Part shown: positions 19,680-29,330 of the stretch, one piece after another | Layout: the number at the start of each line of letters is the position of its first letter | Numbering within the stretch: position 1 is the first letter of the stretch | Assembly: GCA_020723485.1 (NCBI GenBank) | Contig: DYIU01000001.1 | Coordinates: 757,850-821,849 of the forward strand | DNA length: 64,000 bases | Origin: Acidimicrobium ferrooxidans | GTDB taxonomy: Bacteria; Actinomycetota; Geothermincolia; Fen-727; Anoxymicrobiaceae | Reading direction: 5' to 3' | Notes under the pieces: generated by a model | Seen by the model: the letters and a program-made list of their open reading frames with translations, nothing else | The model's database searches: none | What the model was told of the DNA's origin: nothing | Position numbers and translations under genes: made by a program

Positions 19680-22600
19680 GTGTACAATGGCCCAGTGAGT
19701 TACTCGATCAACAGACTGGTTCAGAACCTCAGAGACCTGTGCGCCGACAGGGTCCTCAACGAGAAATGGCTCATCGCCCCTTCGCGCCGCGTCGGCATGC
19801 AGTGGCTCGACGCCGTCGCGCGCTCCGGGCAGCCGGTCCTGAACTTCCGGGTAAAGACTCTGCCAGCGCTGGCGCTGGAGCTTGCGTCGCAGGCGATGGT
19901 TGATCGCGGTCTCGAGCTGATAAGCGGCATTCGCCATCGCGTGCTCACGGCCCGTCTCTACGCAGGCCTGTCCGGCGGCAGCCGGGAATACCTCTCCGGT
20001 CTCGAGGCGAGCCGGGGCCTGGCCGACACCCTTGCCCGGGTGCTGGGAGAGCTCCGGCGGGCCGGCCTCGGCTCTTCCGATCTCGAGCCGCGGCGATTCG
20101 AGGTGCCTGCCAAAGGGAGGGCGGTCAAGGCATTACTGGCGGCTTACGAGCGCGAGCTCGAGTCAGCCGGACTCGTCGATTATCCCGGGTCGCTGAGGCT
20201 GGCCATCGCGAGGCTCGAGAGCGGAGCCGGGGTCACGGGCGGCCAGGCACTGATGATGATTCCGGATTTCTTAGAGGTCGAGCTCCGGGGCCTGGAGTCG
20301 CGCCTCTGGCAGGCGTTGCCCGAAGGCGAGAGGCTCGTTCTCGCTTCCGACGCCGCCGGGGACGTGGACCGCACAGGCACCAACGCTTCACTCCTCGCCT
20401 GCATAAGAAGCCCTGCCGACGCCCCCGAGCCGACCGGAATCGACGGCACCCTGCAGATATTCCGCGCGGTCGGCGAGGTCAACGAGGTGCGAGAGGTCCT
20501 GCGCCGCTGCGTGGAGCGCGGTATCCCTTTCGACGACGTCGAGATACTGCACACCGACAGCGCCACATACGTGCCGCTTATATTCGAGCTCTGTTGCCGG
20601 TTGAAGCCCGAAGACCCGGCATCGATTCCGGTCACGTTCTACGAGGGAGTCGCGTCAACATACTCCAGGCCGGCCCGCGCCCTTCTCGGCTGGCTCAACT
20701 GGATCTCGGAGGGCTACCCGCAGTCCGCGCTCGTGGACATGGTAACCGACGGGCTCCTTCGGTTCGGCATCGATGATTCGCTGTCAATGAGTTTCGCGCG
20801 CCTCGGCGCGATCCTGCGAGCGGTGCCGATCGGTGGCGGCCGTGACCGGTACCTGCCGGCCATCGACCGCGCGCTCGGGGCCCTCAACATGCAGATCGTG
20901 GACGAAGAGGAGCCGGTCGGGGCTGAAGACGAGACCTGTTCACCAGAGGAGAGATCGGCAAGGATTTCCAGCCTGCGCGAGAGGGCTGCCGGGCTCGAAG
21001 CGCTACGAGAGACGGCGGCCGGGCTCCTTTCGCTGTCCCCGGACAAGCGGGCGACCCAGGAGTCTATTCTCCTTGGCGCCCGTTCATTCATCGACCGTTT
21101 CGCACGCCGGGTCAACGAGTTCGACCAGTACTGTTACCGGCGCCTCTCCGACGAGATCGAGGCCGCCGCAGGCTGCTTCGAAGGAGGTGACGTGCAGGGT
21201 TTTGACCCGGCTGCATGGCTGGAGGCCCTTCCCGCGGACACCGCCGTCGAAGGCAAGGGGCCAAGGCCCGGCTGCCTGTATGTCTCGAACGTCCGCGGTG
21301 GTGGGCACTCCGGGCGCGGGCACACATTTATCATCGGGCTCGACGACACGCGCTTTCCCGGCACGGGCCGGCAGGACCCGCTGCTCCTCGACGCCGAGCG
21401 CTCACGCATCTCAGACGAGCTCCCCACAGGCGCCGGGCGTCTCTCCCGAGAGGTCGACGACCTTGCGCGGACGATGGCCGGGCTCCGGGGAAACGTCACC
21501 CTGGGCTACTCCTGCCGCAGCCTGGAGGACGACCGCGAGCTTTTCCCCAGCCCGGTGGTAGTCTCCGCCTTCCGTCTGATCGGCAGGCGAGACGGCGACC
21601 AGAAAGACCTGGCCCGCTGGGCGGGCCATCCCGCTTCTTTCGCTCCTTCAGATCCCGACCGCTGCATCGACTCGACCGAATGGTGGCTCTCGAGGACCTG
21701 CGGGGACGTGCTCGCCGAGGGCCTCGAGCTCGCGACGTCGGTGTCGTTCCCAAACCTGGGTCGCGGTTTCGTTGCCAGGGCGGCGCGCTCCGGCGACGAC
21801 TTCACAGAGTACGACGGGTATGTTCCCGAGGCGGGCGCCGAGTGTGATCCAGCCAGTCCCGGCGGCCCGACGCTTTCCGCCTCCAGGCTGGAGACGCTCG
21901 CGAAGTGCCCTCTGGAATACTTCTTCCGTTACGTGTTGAAGGTCGAGCCTCCGGAGGAGTTCGAGATCGATCCGGCGGTCTGGCTCGACCGGGCGCGCAG
22001 GGGCGAGCTGCTTCACTCAGCCTTTCGCGAGTTCATGACACACCTCACCGAGAAGGGGCTCAAGCCCGATTTCAACCGGGACCTTCCGCTCATCATGCGG
22101 GTGCTCGACGAGGAGGTGGCCCGCTGGGAGGCCAGGCTCCCAGCCCCCAGCACCGTGGTCTTCGAGAGCGAGAAGCGTGAGCTGTGCCGAATATCCCGCA
22201 TCTTTCTCCAGGAGGAACACGAGCACTGCATGGGGAACAGGCCGGTCTACTTCGAGGCGTCTATCGGCCTCGAGCCCGAAGGGGAGGGGTGCCCGCTCGA
22301 CTGCGAAAGCGGCGTCGAGATCGAGCTGCCGGGCGGACGGAGCATCAGGGTCCGCGGGCGCATCGATCGTATTGACGAGCTGCCCTCCGAGGGAGCGCCC
22401 CGGTTCGCTGTGTGGGATTACAAGACCGGGAGCATGTACGGCTATTCACGGGAAGACCCGTTCAGGCAGGGCCGGCACCTGCAGAACGCCTTGTACCTCG
22501 AGCTGGCGGCGGCGCGCCTTGCCGAGCTCCACCCGGGTGCCCGCGTGGTAAGCTTCGGCTACTTCTTCCCGGGCACACGCGCCCACGGGGCGCGGATCGT

Positions 22601-22856
22601 GTGGGACGAGGTCGAGCTCGCCGGAGCCAGGTCCCTGCTCGACAGGCTCTGCCGGATGGTCGCCTCCGGATGCTTTCCATTCACCGACGACCCCGAGAAC
22701 GACCTGAAGTTCAGCGACTTCACGCCCGCTTTCGGCGACGTCGAAGCCGCCGCCGCCGATATCACCCGCAAGCTCGCCAACCCGGCGAACGAGATGCTCC
22801 GGCCCTACCGCGAGCTGAGAGCTCTCGAGGACGCTTTCGAGGGGGCGGACAAATGA
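19680..22856 (+). CDS. AddB-like PD-(D/E)XK nuclease-family protein (helicase-nuclease partner subunit)
   Basis: 1058 aa, GTG start; no Walker A seen; C-terminal RecB-type nuclease motifs (CPLEYFFRYVLKV, GRIDRIDEL, AVWDYKTGS, QNALYLEL); stop overlaps the start of the downstream UvrD-like gene. Confidence 0.65.
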   Translation: MYNGPVSYSINRLVQNLRDLCADRVLNEKWLIAPSRRVGMQWLDAVARSGQPVLNFRVKTLPALALELASQAMVDRGLELISGIRHRVLTARLYAGLSGGSREYLSGLEASRGLADTLARVLGELRRAGLGSSDLEPRRFEVPAKGRAVKALLAAYERELESAGLVDYPGSLRLAIARLESGAGVTGGQALMMIPDFLEVELRGLESRLWQALPEGERLVLASDAAGDVDRTGTNASLLACIRSPADAPEPTGIDGTLQIFRAVGEVNEVREVLRRCVERGIPFDDVEILHTDSATYVPLIFELCCRLKPEDPASIPVTFYEGVASTYSRPARALLGWLNWISEGYPQSALVDMVTDGLLRFGIDDSLSMSFARLGAILRAVPIGGGRDRYLPAIDRALGALNMQIVDEEEPVGAEDETCSPEERSARISSLRERAAGLEALRETAAGLLSLSPDKRATQESILLGARSFIDRFARRVNEFDQYCYRRLSDEIEAAAGCFEGGDVQGFDPAAWLEALPADTAVEGKGPRPGCLYVSNVRGGGHSGRGHTFIIGLDDTRFPGTGRQDPLLLDAERSRISDELPTGAGRLSREVDDLARTMAGLRGNVTLGYSCRSLEDDRELFPSPVVVSAFRLIGRRDGDQKDLARWAGHPASFAPSDPDRCIDSTEWWLSRTCGDVLAEGLELATSVSFPNLGRGFVARAARSGDDFTEYDGYVPEAGAECDPASPGGPTLSASRLETLAKCPLEYFFRYVLKVEPPEEFEIDPAVWLDRARRGELLHSAFREFMTHLTEKGLKPDFNRDLPLIMRVLDEEVARWEARLPAPSTVVFESEKRELCRISRIFLQEEHEHCMGNRPVYFEASIGLEPEGEGCPLDCESGVEIELPGGRSIRVRGRIDRIDELPSEGAPRFAVWDYKTGSMYGYSREDPFRQGRHLQNALYLELAAARLAELHPGARVVSFGYFFPGTRAHGARIVWDEVELAGARSLLDRLCRMVASGCFPFTDDPENDLKFSDFTPAFGDVEAAAADITRKLANPANEMLRPYRELRALEDAFEGADK

Positions 22857-25800
22857 CGACAGGTCCGAATCCCCCGCCCGACCAGCACGAGAGGGACCGC
22901 ATCCAGAACGGGCTCCACGCCTGCATGCTGGTGGAAGCAGCTGCGGGAACGGGAAAGACCACCAGCATGGTCGGGCGCATGGTCGAGCTTCTGAAGAGCG
23001 GCACCTGTGCCGACATAAGGACTCTGGCCGCGGTCACTTTCACCCGCAAGGCCGCCGCCGAACTGCGGGCCCGCTTCCAGGTCACGCTCGAGAAGGCGGC
23101 CCACGAGTCTTCCGGAGAAGAGCGCGCCAGGCTCGAGAGGGCCCTGGCCAACGTCGAGCAGTGTTTCGTCGGAACGATTCACTCCTTCTGCGCGCGGCTG
23201 CTTCGCGAGCGCCCGGTGGAGGCCGGTGTCGACGTCGAGTTCGAGGAGATAGACGAGGACGCCGACGCGCTGCTCCGCACAGAGGCGTGGAGCGAGCACT
23301 GCGCGCGGCTGATCGCCGATGACGGCGAAGGGATCGTGTCAGAGCTGAGCCGTCTCGGCATACAGCTGTCCGACCTCGAGCAGGCGTTCAAGACGTTCGT
23401 GCTCTACCCCGACGTCGTGCGCTGGCCGATGCCGGCGGAGAGCCGGGACCTCGAAGGTCTCGAGGAGGCCGCGGCGGCTCTCGACGATTACATCGAGCAC
23501 ATGCGAGCTCTGGCCCCTGGTCTTCCTGAAGACTGCGGTCGGGACACCCTGATCCCCGCTTTTCGCAGCCTGCCGCGCGTGGTCTCCCACTACGAGGACC
23601 TGGGTGATCCCGCGCAGCTGATGGAGGTTCTCGAGCAGCACTTCAACAGGGGCGTCAGGGTGATACAGAAGGTCTGGGCACAGGCCGGCTACGCTCCCGA
23701 AGACGCCAAGGCCGAGGGCACGCGGTGGGCCGATTTCCAGGCGCAGGTCGTGAGCCCGCTCGTCCGCGCGTGGCGCGAGGCCCGGTACAGGCCGGTGATG
23801 AGGGTGCTGTTCCAGGCGCGTGAGCTGTACGACCTCAAGCGCTCAGAGCGCGGCCAGCTCAACTTCCAGGACCTGCTCATGAAGGCGGCGGGCCTCCTCC
23901 GGGGCAATCCGCACGTCAGGCGGTACTTCAGCCAGCGCTTCACCCACCTGCTGGTGGACGAGTTCCAGGACACAGACCCGATCCAGGCCGAGGTCATGGT
24001 CCTGCTCGCTTCCGCGAGCTTCGACGAGACTGACTGGAGAAAATGCCGGCCGAGGCCGGGCTCGCTGTTCGTAGTGGGTGATCCCAAGCAGTCGATCTAC
24101 CGCTTCCGCAGGGCTGACATTGTCACCTACAACGAGGTGAAAAACCTCATCCTCTCACCGGGCTCGGAGGGCGAGCCCGGCGAGCTGGTGCGGCTCTCCG
24201 CCAACTTCCGGACGGTCAGCCCCCTCGTCGAATGGGTGAACTCCACTTTTCAGCCCGTGGACGACACGGATGCCGCCGACGGGGGCGTAATGACCCGCTT
24301 CTGCTTGGAAGAGTCCGCCGAGTCGCCGTCATACGTTCCCCTCGGGGTCGGCCGCCGGGAAGGCAGCGCCGGCGAACTGGTGGGGGTCTGCACGCTTCTC
24401 ATAGATGAAGAGGCGGGCAACCGCGACGAGGCAACCGCATTCGAGGCCGACTTTATAGCCCGGTTCATACGCGCCGCCATTGACGACGGTGTCGCGGTGC
24501 CGCGGACCGTCGAACAGCTGGAGGCGGGGCAGGAGGCAGCTGCCGGCCCCTCCGATTTCATGATAGTCACCCGGTACCGCTCCGGCCTGAGCGTCTACGC
24601 CGCGGCCCTTCAACGGTACCGCATCCCACACCAGGTCACCGGCGGCACGGCGCTGAACGAGGTCTCCGAGCTCAAGCTCCTGCAGGCGTGCCTGCGCGCG
24701 GTCGCCCGTCCGGACGACCCCGTTGCGCTCCTGTCTGCGCTGCGGGGCGAGGCGTTCGGAGTGAGCGATGCCTCGCTATACAGGTTCAAGGCGGCGGGCG
24801 GCAGGTTCAACTACAACTCTCCCTTGCCCGAAGAGCTCCCGCCAGGCGATCTCGAAGCGTTCACCGACAGCTTCGCGAGACTCCAGAAATACCACCGTTG
24901 GCTCTCGAGCCTCCCGGCGGTCTCGGCCATCGAGAACGTAGTCTCTGACCTCGGGCTCGCGGTACTGGCGAGCGCGCGCGAGGGCGGTGACGTCGAGGCG
25001 GGCAGCCTGGGGAAGGCCGTCGAGCTGGTCAGGTCCGTTGCCCGGAGCGAGTGGTCGACCGTCAAGCTCGTTCAGTTCCTCGGCCAGATAGTGGACATGG
25101 AGCAGAAGTACGACGGCGTCTCCGCGAGCTCGCGGGAGGTCCCGGCCGTCAGGCTCATGAACCTGCACAAGGTGAAAGGCCTGGAAGCCCCGGTCGTCTT
25201 CCTTGCCAATGCGTTCGGGGAAGGGGCGCACGACGTAGGTCTGTTCGTGGACCGTTCGGGCGAGGAGGTCCACGGGTACATGGCGGTCCGCGGGGCGAGA
25301 AGAGGACGGGCCGCAGGGCCGCTCCTGGCTCACCCGGAAGGTTGGGACGAGCTGGCCGCGAAGGAGTCGGCTTTCACGACCGCCGAGGAGCTGAGGCTCA
25401 GGTACGTGGCCGCGACCAGGTCGGGCTCGATGCTCGTCGTCACCGAGAGGCCGAAGTCCAACAGGTGGAACGCCTGGCGGCATTTCCTGCCGGTGCTGCC
25501 TGGCGACCGTTTCCTCGAGGACGCCGGCGAGCGAGCCGCGCCGGCACGGCGGAGAACCGCCCTCTCCGCCGCTGACGCTTCCGCCGCGGTCGAGGCCCTG
25601 GCTTCGCGACTCGCCACGGCGGAAGCACCGACTCACGCGGTGAGCCCGGCAAAGGAGCTGGCCCTCTCGACCCCCGGGAAGACGGCGGCACCGCCGTCCC
25701 CGGACACCGGGGACGTGCCGCCGTTCGCGGACGGCGAGCACGGTGTCGAGTGGGGACAGGCGGTCCACCAGCTCCTCGAGCTGGCCATGCGCGAGCCCGG

Positions 25801-26212
25801 GGCTGATCTTAATGCCGCGGCGCGTGCCCTGCTCGAAGAGAACGGCATTGACCCGTCACATGTCCCGGTCGCGGTCGAGACCGCATTATCAGTGGTAGCG
25901 TCGGACACCTGGAAAAGAGCAGAGAACTCGACCCGAAGACTCTCCGAGGTCCCGTTCGAGATGGTGCTGGAGGACAGGGAACCGCCTACTCTGGTAAGGG
26001 GGGCGATAGACCTCGTCTTCGCCGAGAACGGGGGGTGGGTGCTGGTCGATTTCAAGACGGACCTGGTGTCGGATGCCGGCACTGCCGCGCTCGCGGAGAG
26101 GTACAGGCCCCAGCTCGCGCTGTACAGGCAGGCATGGGAGCGGTGCACCGGCGAGGAGGTCAACGAGTGCGGTATCTTTCTGACCCGTACTGGCCGGTAC
26201 GTCACGACTTGA
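22853..26212 (+). CDS. UvrD/AddA-like helicase-nuclease
   Basis: ATG at 22853 (MTTGPNPP) inside the longer ORF from 22412; Walker A AAAGTGKTT; UvrD motif Ia-like AAVTFTRKAAAELR; C-terminal PD-(D/E)XK nuclease (GAIDLVFAENGGWVLVDFKTD...QLALYRQAW). Confidence 0.8.
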   Translation: MTTGPNPPPDQHERDRIQNGLHACMLVEAAAGTGKTTSMVGRMVELLKSGTCADIRTLAAVTFTRKAAAELRARFQVTLEKAAHESSGEERARLERALANVEQCFVGTIHSFCARLLRERPVEAGVDVEFEEIDEDADALLRTEAWSEHCARLIADDGEGIVSELSRLGIQLSDLEQAFKTFVLYPDVVRWPMPAESRDLEGLEEAAAALDDYIEHMRALAPGLPEDCGRDTLIPAFRSLPRVVSHYEDLGDPAQLMEVLEQHFNRGVRVIQKVWAQAGYAPEDAKAEGTRWADFQAQVVSPLVRAWREARYRPVMRVLFQARELYDLKRSERGQLNFQDLLMKAAGLLRGNPHVRRYFSQRFTHLLVDEFQDTDPIQAEVMVLLASASFDETDWRKCRPRPGSLFVVGDPKQSIYRFRRADIVTYNEVKNLILSPGSEGEPGELVRLSANFRTVSPLVEWVNSTFQPVDDTDAADGGVMTRFCLEESAESPSYVPLGVGRREGSAGELVGVCTLLIDEEAGNRDEATAFEADFIARFIRAAIDDGVAVPRTVEQLEAGQEAAAGPSDFMIVTRYRSGLSVYAAALQRYRIPHQVTGGTALNEVSELKLLQACLRAVARPDDPVALLSALRGEAFGVSDASLYRFKAAGGRFNYNSPLPEELPPGDLEAFTDSFARLQKYHRWLSSLPAVSAIENVVSDLGLAVLASAREGGDVEAGSLGKAVELVRSVARSEWSTVKLVQFLGQIVDMEQKYDGVSASSREVPAVRLMNLHKVKGLEAPVVFLANAFGEGAHDVGLFVDRSGEEVHGYMAVRGARRGRAAGPLLAHPEGWDELAAKESAFTTAEELRLRYVAATRSGSMLVVTERPKSNRWNAWRHFLPVLPGDRFLEDAGERAAPARRRTALSAADASAAVEALASRLATAEAPTHAVSPAKELALSTPGKTAAPPSPDTGDVPPFADGEHGVEWGQAVHQLLELAMREPGADLNAAARALLEENGIDPSHVPVAVETALSVVASDTWKRAENSTRRLSEVPFEMVLEDREPPTLVRGAIDLVFAENGGWVLVDFKTDLVSDAGTAALAERYRPQLALYRQAWERCTGEEVNECGIFLTRTGRYVTT

Positions 26213-26326
26213 CGGTAGCGCGGACCGACACCCGGGTCCACTTGATTTACGCCACCGCCGCTTATATTGTGAACCCGGAGTTCGATGCCGGGGCGGCAGC
26301 ACCCGGTGGATATGGGGGATGAGGAG

Positions 26327-27394
26327 ATGTCCGAGATAAAGCTGTGTAGAGAGTGCGGCGTGCCGCTGATGGTCTCGAGGGAGCACACCTGGCACGACAA
26401 CGGGATAATCACCCAGACCGCGGACCCCGACCATCGGATGATATTCTACGAGTCCGCGAACCTCGACGGCCTCTTCAGCGGCGTGGAGGAGATCCTCGGC
26501 CTCTCCATAGAGAAGATAGTGCTCGAGAGCAAGCGCAGGGAGGTCAAGGAGTACGTCGAGAAAATGATGTCACCCCTGACCCTCAAAGCCGCCAAGTACT
26601 TAGGTATCGGAAAGGTCATCGACAAGCTCTCGAAGAACGGCCGGGCCTTCGGCTACGGTGAGATCGGGCTGGTCGACCGCCGCAGGAAGGGCGACGAGGG
26701 CGACTTCGTGACCATGTCGGTGAGGAACCCGCATTCGGTGCTCTTCTTCGCCGGCGAGGTGCTGGGGGCCTGGGAGGCCATCGACGGCCGCGAGCACTAC
26801 GTCGAGCGCGAGCAGGTGGACGACGACACCTTCCATATCACCTGCAGGCCCGGCCCGCATCCTATCGAGCTGCAGGAGCGGCTCAAGGTGAGGCATTTCA
26901 AGTACAAGCCCGGCGACATAACCTACGAGCGCTGCTCGACCTGCGACGTCCCGTCCGGAGTCGGCAAGTACAACTGGAACCTGGGGGCCGGCACCATCAC
27001 CCACCCCGAGAACAACCGCCGGATGGCCATATTCAGCCCCATGGGCCTGGAGGCGATCCTGGACGACCTCGAGGCGGAGCTCGGGGAAGCGATACCCGAG
27101 GTGGTCATCGAGGCGCAGAGGCGGCACGTGAGAGCGACGATGGACGACCTTTCCTGGCTGGGCGACCAGGAGCGCTACCGCCGCATGATGGGCTTCAGGG
27201 GCCTGTGCAACATAACCTACTTCCAGAGGGAGGAGGGCAGGGTCTCCATCACCATGGAGAACCCCTGCGTCCCTCTCCTCGCGGTAGGCCAGACCCAGGG
27301 GATGGTCGAGCTCGCCGCCGGCGCCGACGCCTCGGACTACAAGTTCGAACGGGCCCCTGACGGAGACCTCTCTATCGAGATAACCCTGGGATAG
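26327..27394 (+). CDS. Hypothetical protein with internally duplicated CxxC-containing domain
   Basis: Two halves each begin with a CxxC motif (CRECGVP and CSTCDVP) and share similar downstream layout; no family recognised. Start could also be 26285 or 26312. Confidence 0.5.
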   Translation: MSEIKLCRECGVPLMVSREHTWHDNGIITQTADPDHRMIFYESANLDGLFSGVEEILGLSIEKIVLESKRREVKEYVEKMMSPLTLKAAKYLGIGKVIDKLSKNGRAFGYGEIGLVDRRRKGDEGDFVTMSVRNPHSVLFFAGEVLGAWEAIDGREHYVEREQVDDDTFHITCRPGPHPIELQERLKVRHFKYKPGDITYERCSTCDVPSGVGKYNWNLGAGTITHPENNRRMAIFSPMGLEAILDDLEAELGEAIPEVVIEAQRRHVRATMDDLSWLGDQERYRRMMGFRGLCNITYFQREEGRVSITMENPCVPLLAVGQTQGMVELAAGADASDYKFERAPDGDLSIEITLG

Positions 27395-27412
27395 GAGCGA
27401 CCCGGCCGGGCG

Positions 27413-28360
27413 CTACTCCCACCCGTAGAGCATCGCCGCCGCGCCCCCGGTGACCATGTCGATCTCTTCGGTCGTGAAGCTTATCCCCGACGGACTCTTC
27501 GGCTCGAGCCACGCCTGCATCCAGTCCCTCGGCCACAGCATCACGTTCGTCATCGAGCCGTCTGTCCCGAACATCACCCGCGAGGCGCCCAGCACGTTGA
27601 TGGCCGCCCGCAGCACGAAATAGAAGTAGTCCGGGTCGCCGTTGTACTCGGCCTGCCACCCGGAGAAGTCGACATACAGGTTCGGCTTGGACATCGCCAT
27701 GTCGAGGGCCTCGATCCACCAGCCGTGGCCGCAGTGCGCGATGATGAACGTGACCTCGGGAAAATCCGCCGCGGCCGCGTCGATGTACTTCGGCTGCGAG
27801 AACATGGGCTTGAGCGGCGCGGGCTCGGTCCCGGAGTGTATGAGCACCGGGACGCCCATCTCGCGCGCCGCCTCGTAGAACGGGTAGCAGACCGGGTCGT
27901 GCGGGTAGAATCCGGCGGTGGGGTGCAGCTTGAGCCCCAGCATCCCCCACTCCTCGATGCCCCTGCGGAACAGCTCGAGCGCGCCCTTCCTCCGGGGGTC
28001 TACCCCCAGGTAGGAGTAGAGCCTCCCCGGGTACTTGCGCGTGAACTCGGCGTAGAGCTCGTTCCTCTCGAGGATGGTGAGCCTCTCGAGCTTGCCGATC
28101 GCAGGCTCGTCGCAGCCCATACCGAAATCGAGGGGGAGCAGCACCGAGCGGTCGATGCCCGCCTCGTCCATCCACCCTACGAGCTTCGAGGCGTCGGGGT
28201 CCCCGAGCTCGCCCATCGCCGACTCCCTCAGGACCTCCGGCGCGACGGCCACCCCGCTCTTCTGCTCTACGATCTTCGCCCCCACGCGGGCGCAGCCTAA
28301 GATGAACTCCTCTGGGTCACTGCCCTCGAAAAAGACGTGAACGTGCGAATCGACTCTCAT
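27413..28360 (-). CDS. Amidohydrolase-2 family metal-dependent hydrolase
   Basis: ATG at 28360 with AGGAGG upstream; N-terminal metal-binding MRVDSHVHVF; TIM-barrel hydrolase-like length and composition. Confidence 0.75.
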   Translation of the reverse strand: MRVDSHVHVFFEGSDPEEFILGCARVGAKIVEQKSGVAVAPEVLRESAMGELGDPDASKLVGWMDEAGIDRSVLLPLDFGMGCDEPAIGKLERLTILERNELYAEFTRKYPGRLYSYLGVDPRRKGALELFRRGIEEWGMLGLKLHPTAGFYPHDPVCYPFYEAAREMGVPVLIHSGTEPAPLKPMFSQPKYIDAAAADFPEVTFIIAHCGHGWWIEALDMAMSKPNLYVDFSGWQAEYNGDPDYFYFVLRAAINVLGASRVMFGTDGSMTNVMLWPRDWMQAWLEPKSPSGISFTTEEIDMVTGGAAAMLYGWE

Positions 28361-28397
28361 CTCGTGCCTCCTCTATGGTCACCGTACGGTCTTACTT

Positions 28398-29315
28398 CTA
28401 CCTGTGCCGTCGGTAGTACCAGCCGCCGTGGATGTTCTGGTAATGCCACACCAGCCTGATTAGTCCCGGCAGCGCCGGTGTCCAGAACCCGGCGGGCGGC
28501 TCCTCTGAGGCAGACGTCCGTCCCGGCTCCACCTCGGCGACGGCGATGCCCTCACCGTCCTCGCGGCGGAGCCGGGCAAGCACCCTTCCTCCCGCGTCCA
28601 CGACCTGCGCCTCGCCGAGGAACCCCGACCGGTAGGGAAACCCGGGCATGAGCGGCATGCCCGCCTTGAACTCTCCAGCGTGGGCCGCGTGGATGAGCGG
28701 CGCCCCGACCAGGCGGGCCAGCCGGGCGGGGGTGTCGATCATTATCTGCATGTTGCGCTCCGCCGCGCGGCGCTTCCCGGGGATCGGGATGGCCCTGTCC
28801 GGGACGTCCCACCAGCACGACCCTCCTATCAGGAGGTCGACGCGACCCCGCAGGCGGCGCACGGTCCTGGTGCGGACCATCTCCCAGCACATGGCGACCC
28901 CGACGCTGCCGGGCGCCCCGCCGGTCTCCAGCACGCCTTCGTCCGACCCGGCGACGTACCAGCAGTTCTCCCACATCGTCGGCTGGTCCTTGTCGTGCGT
29001 CCAGCGCTCGCCCGTAGGGCCGACGAGCACCCAGGTGTTGTAGTCGTCGCCGTCCCGCGAGCATATGAAGGAGCCCGCCACCCAGCCGCCGTGCCGCCGT
29101 GCCGCCGATTCCATCATCTCCAGAGCCGGGCCCTCGAGCGGCATCGCGACGCTCCCCATGTCGGGGTGGAATGCCACCGCGGACGTGAAGAACTCCGGCA
29201 GGACGACCATCTCGCAGCCCTGTGCGAAAGCCCTGTCCGCGAGCGCCCCGGCGCGCTCCAGGTTGTAATCGACGTCCGCAAGCCGGGCTTTCATCTGCAC
29301 AGCCGCTACCTTCAA
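28398..29315 (-). CDS. Carbon-nitrogen hydrolase family protein (nitrilase/amidase superfamily)
   Basis: TTG start at 29315 with AGGAGG upstream; CN-hydrolase N-terminus (KVAAVQMKARLADVDYNLERA...EMVVLPEFF) with a later catalytic Cys context (GIAMCWE). Confidence 0.75.
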   Translation of the reverse strand: MKVAAVQMKARLADVDYNLERAGALADRAFAQGCEMVVLPEFFTSAVAFHPDMGSVAMPLEGPALEMMESAARRHGGWVAGSFICSRDGDDYNTWVLVGPTGERWTHDKDQPTMWENCWYVAGSDEGVLETGGAPGSVGVAMCWEMVRTRTVRRLRGRVDLLIGGSCWWDVPDRAIPIPGKRRAAERNMQIMIDTPARLARLVGAPLIHAAHAGEFKAGMPLMPGFPYRSGFLGEAQVVDAGGRVLARLRREDGEGIAVAEVEPGRTSASEEPPAGFWTPALPGLIRLVWHYQNIHGGWYYRRHR

Positions 29316-29330
29316 GGTCTGCCTCCTGTT

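Noticed and set aside
22412-22852. Upstream extension of the UvrD-like helicase ORF
   Set aside because: Overlaps the 3-prime end of the AddB-like gene out of frame; the ATG at 22853 forms a stop/start overlap typical of coupled genes.
19680-26212. Interpreting the nuclease-helicase pair as a phage-defence system of the Gabija or Hachiman type
   Set aside because: Protein sizes, the UvrD motif set with a C-terminal RecB-type nuclease, and the partner nuclease-only subunit match AddAB-type repair enzymes better; proximity to VapBC alone is weak evidence. Kept as an alternative in the findings.
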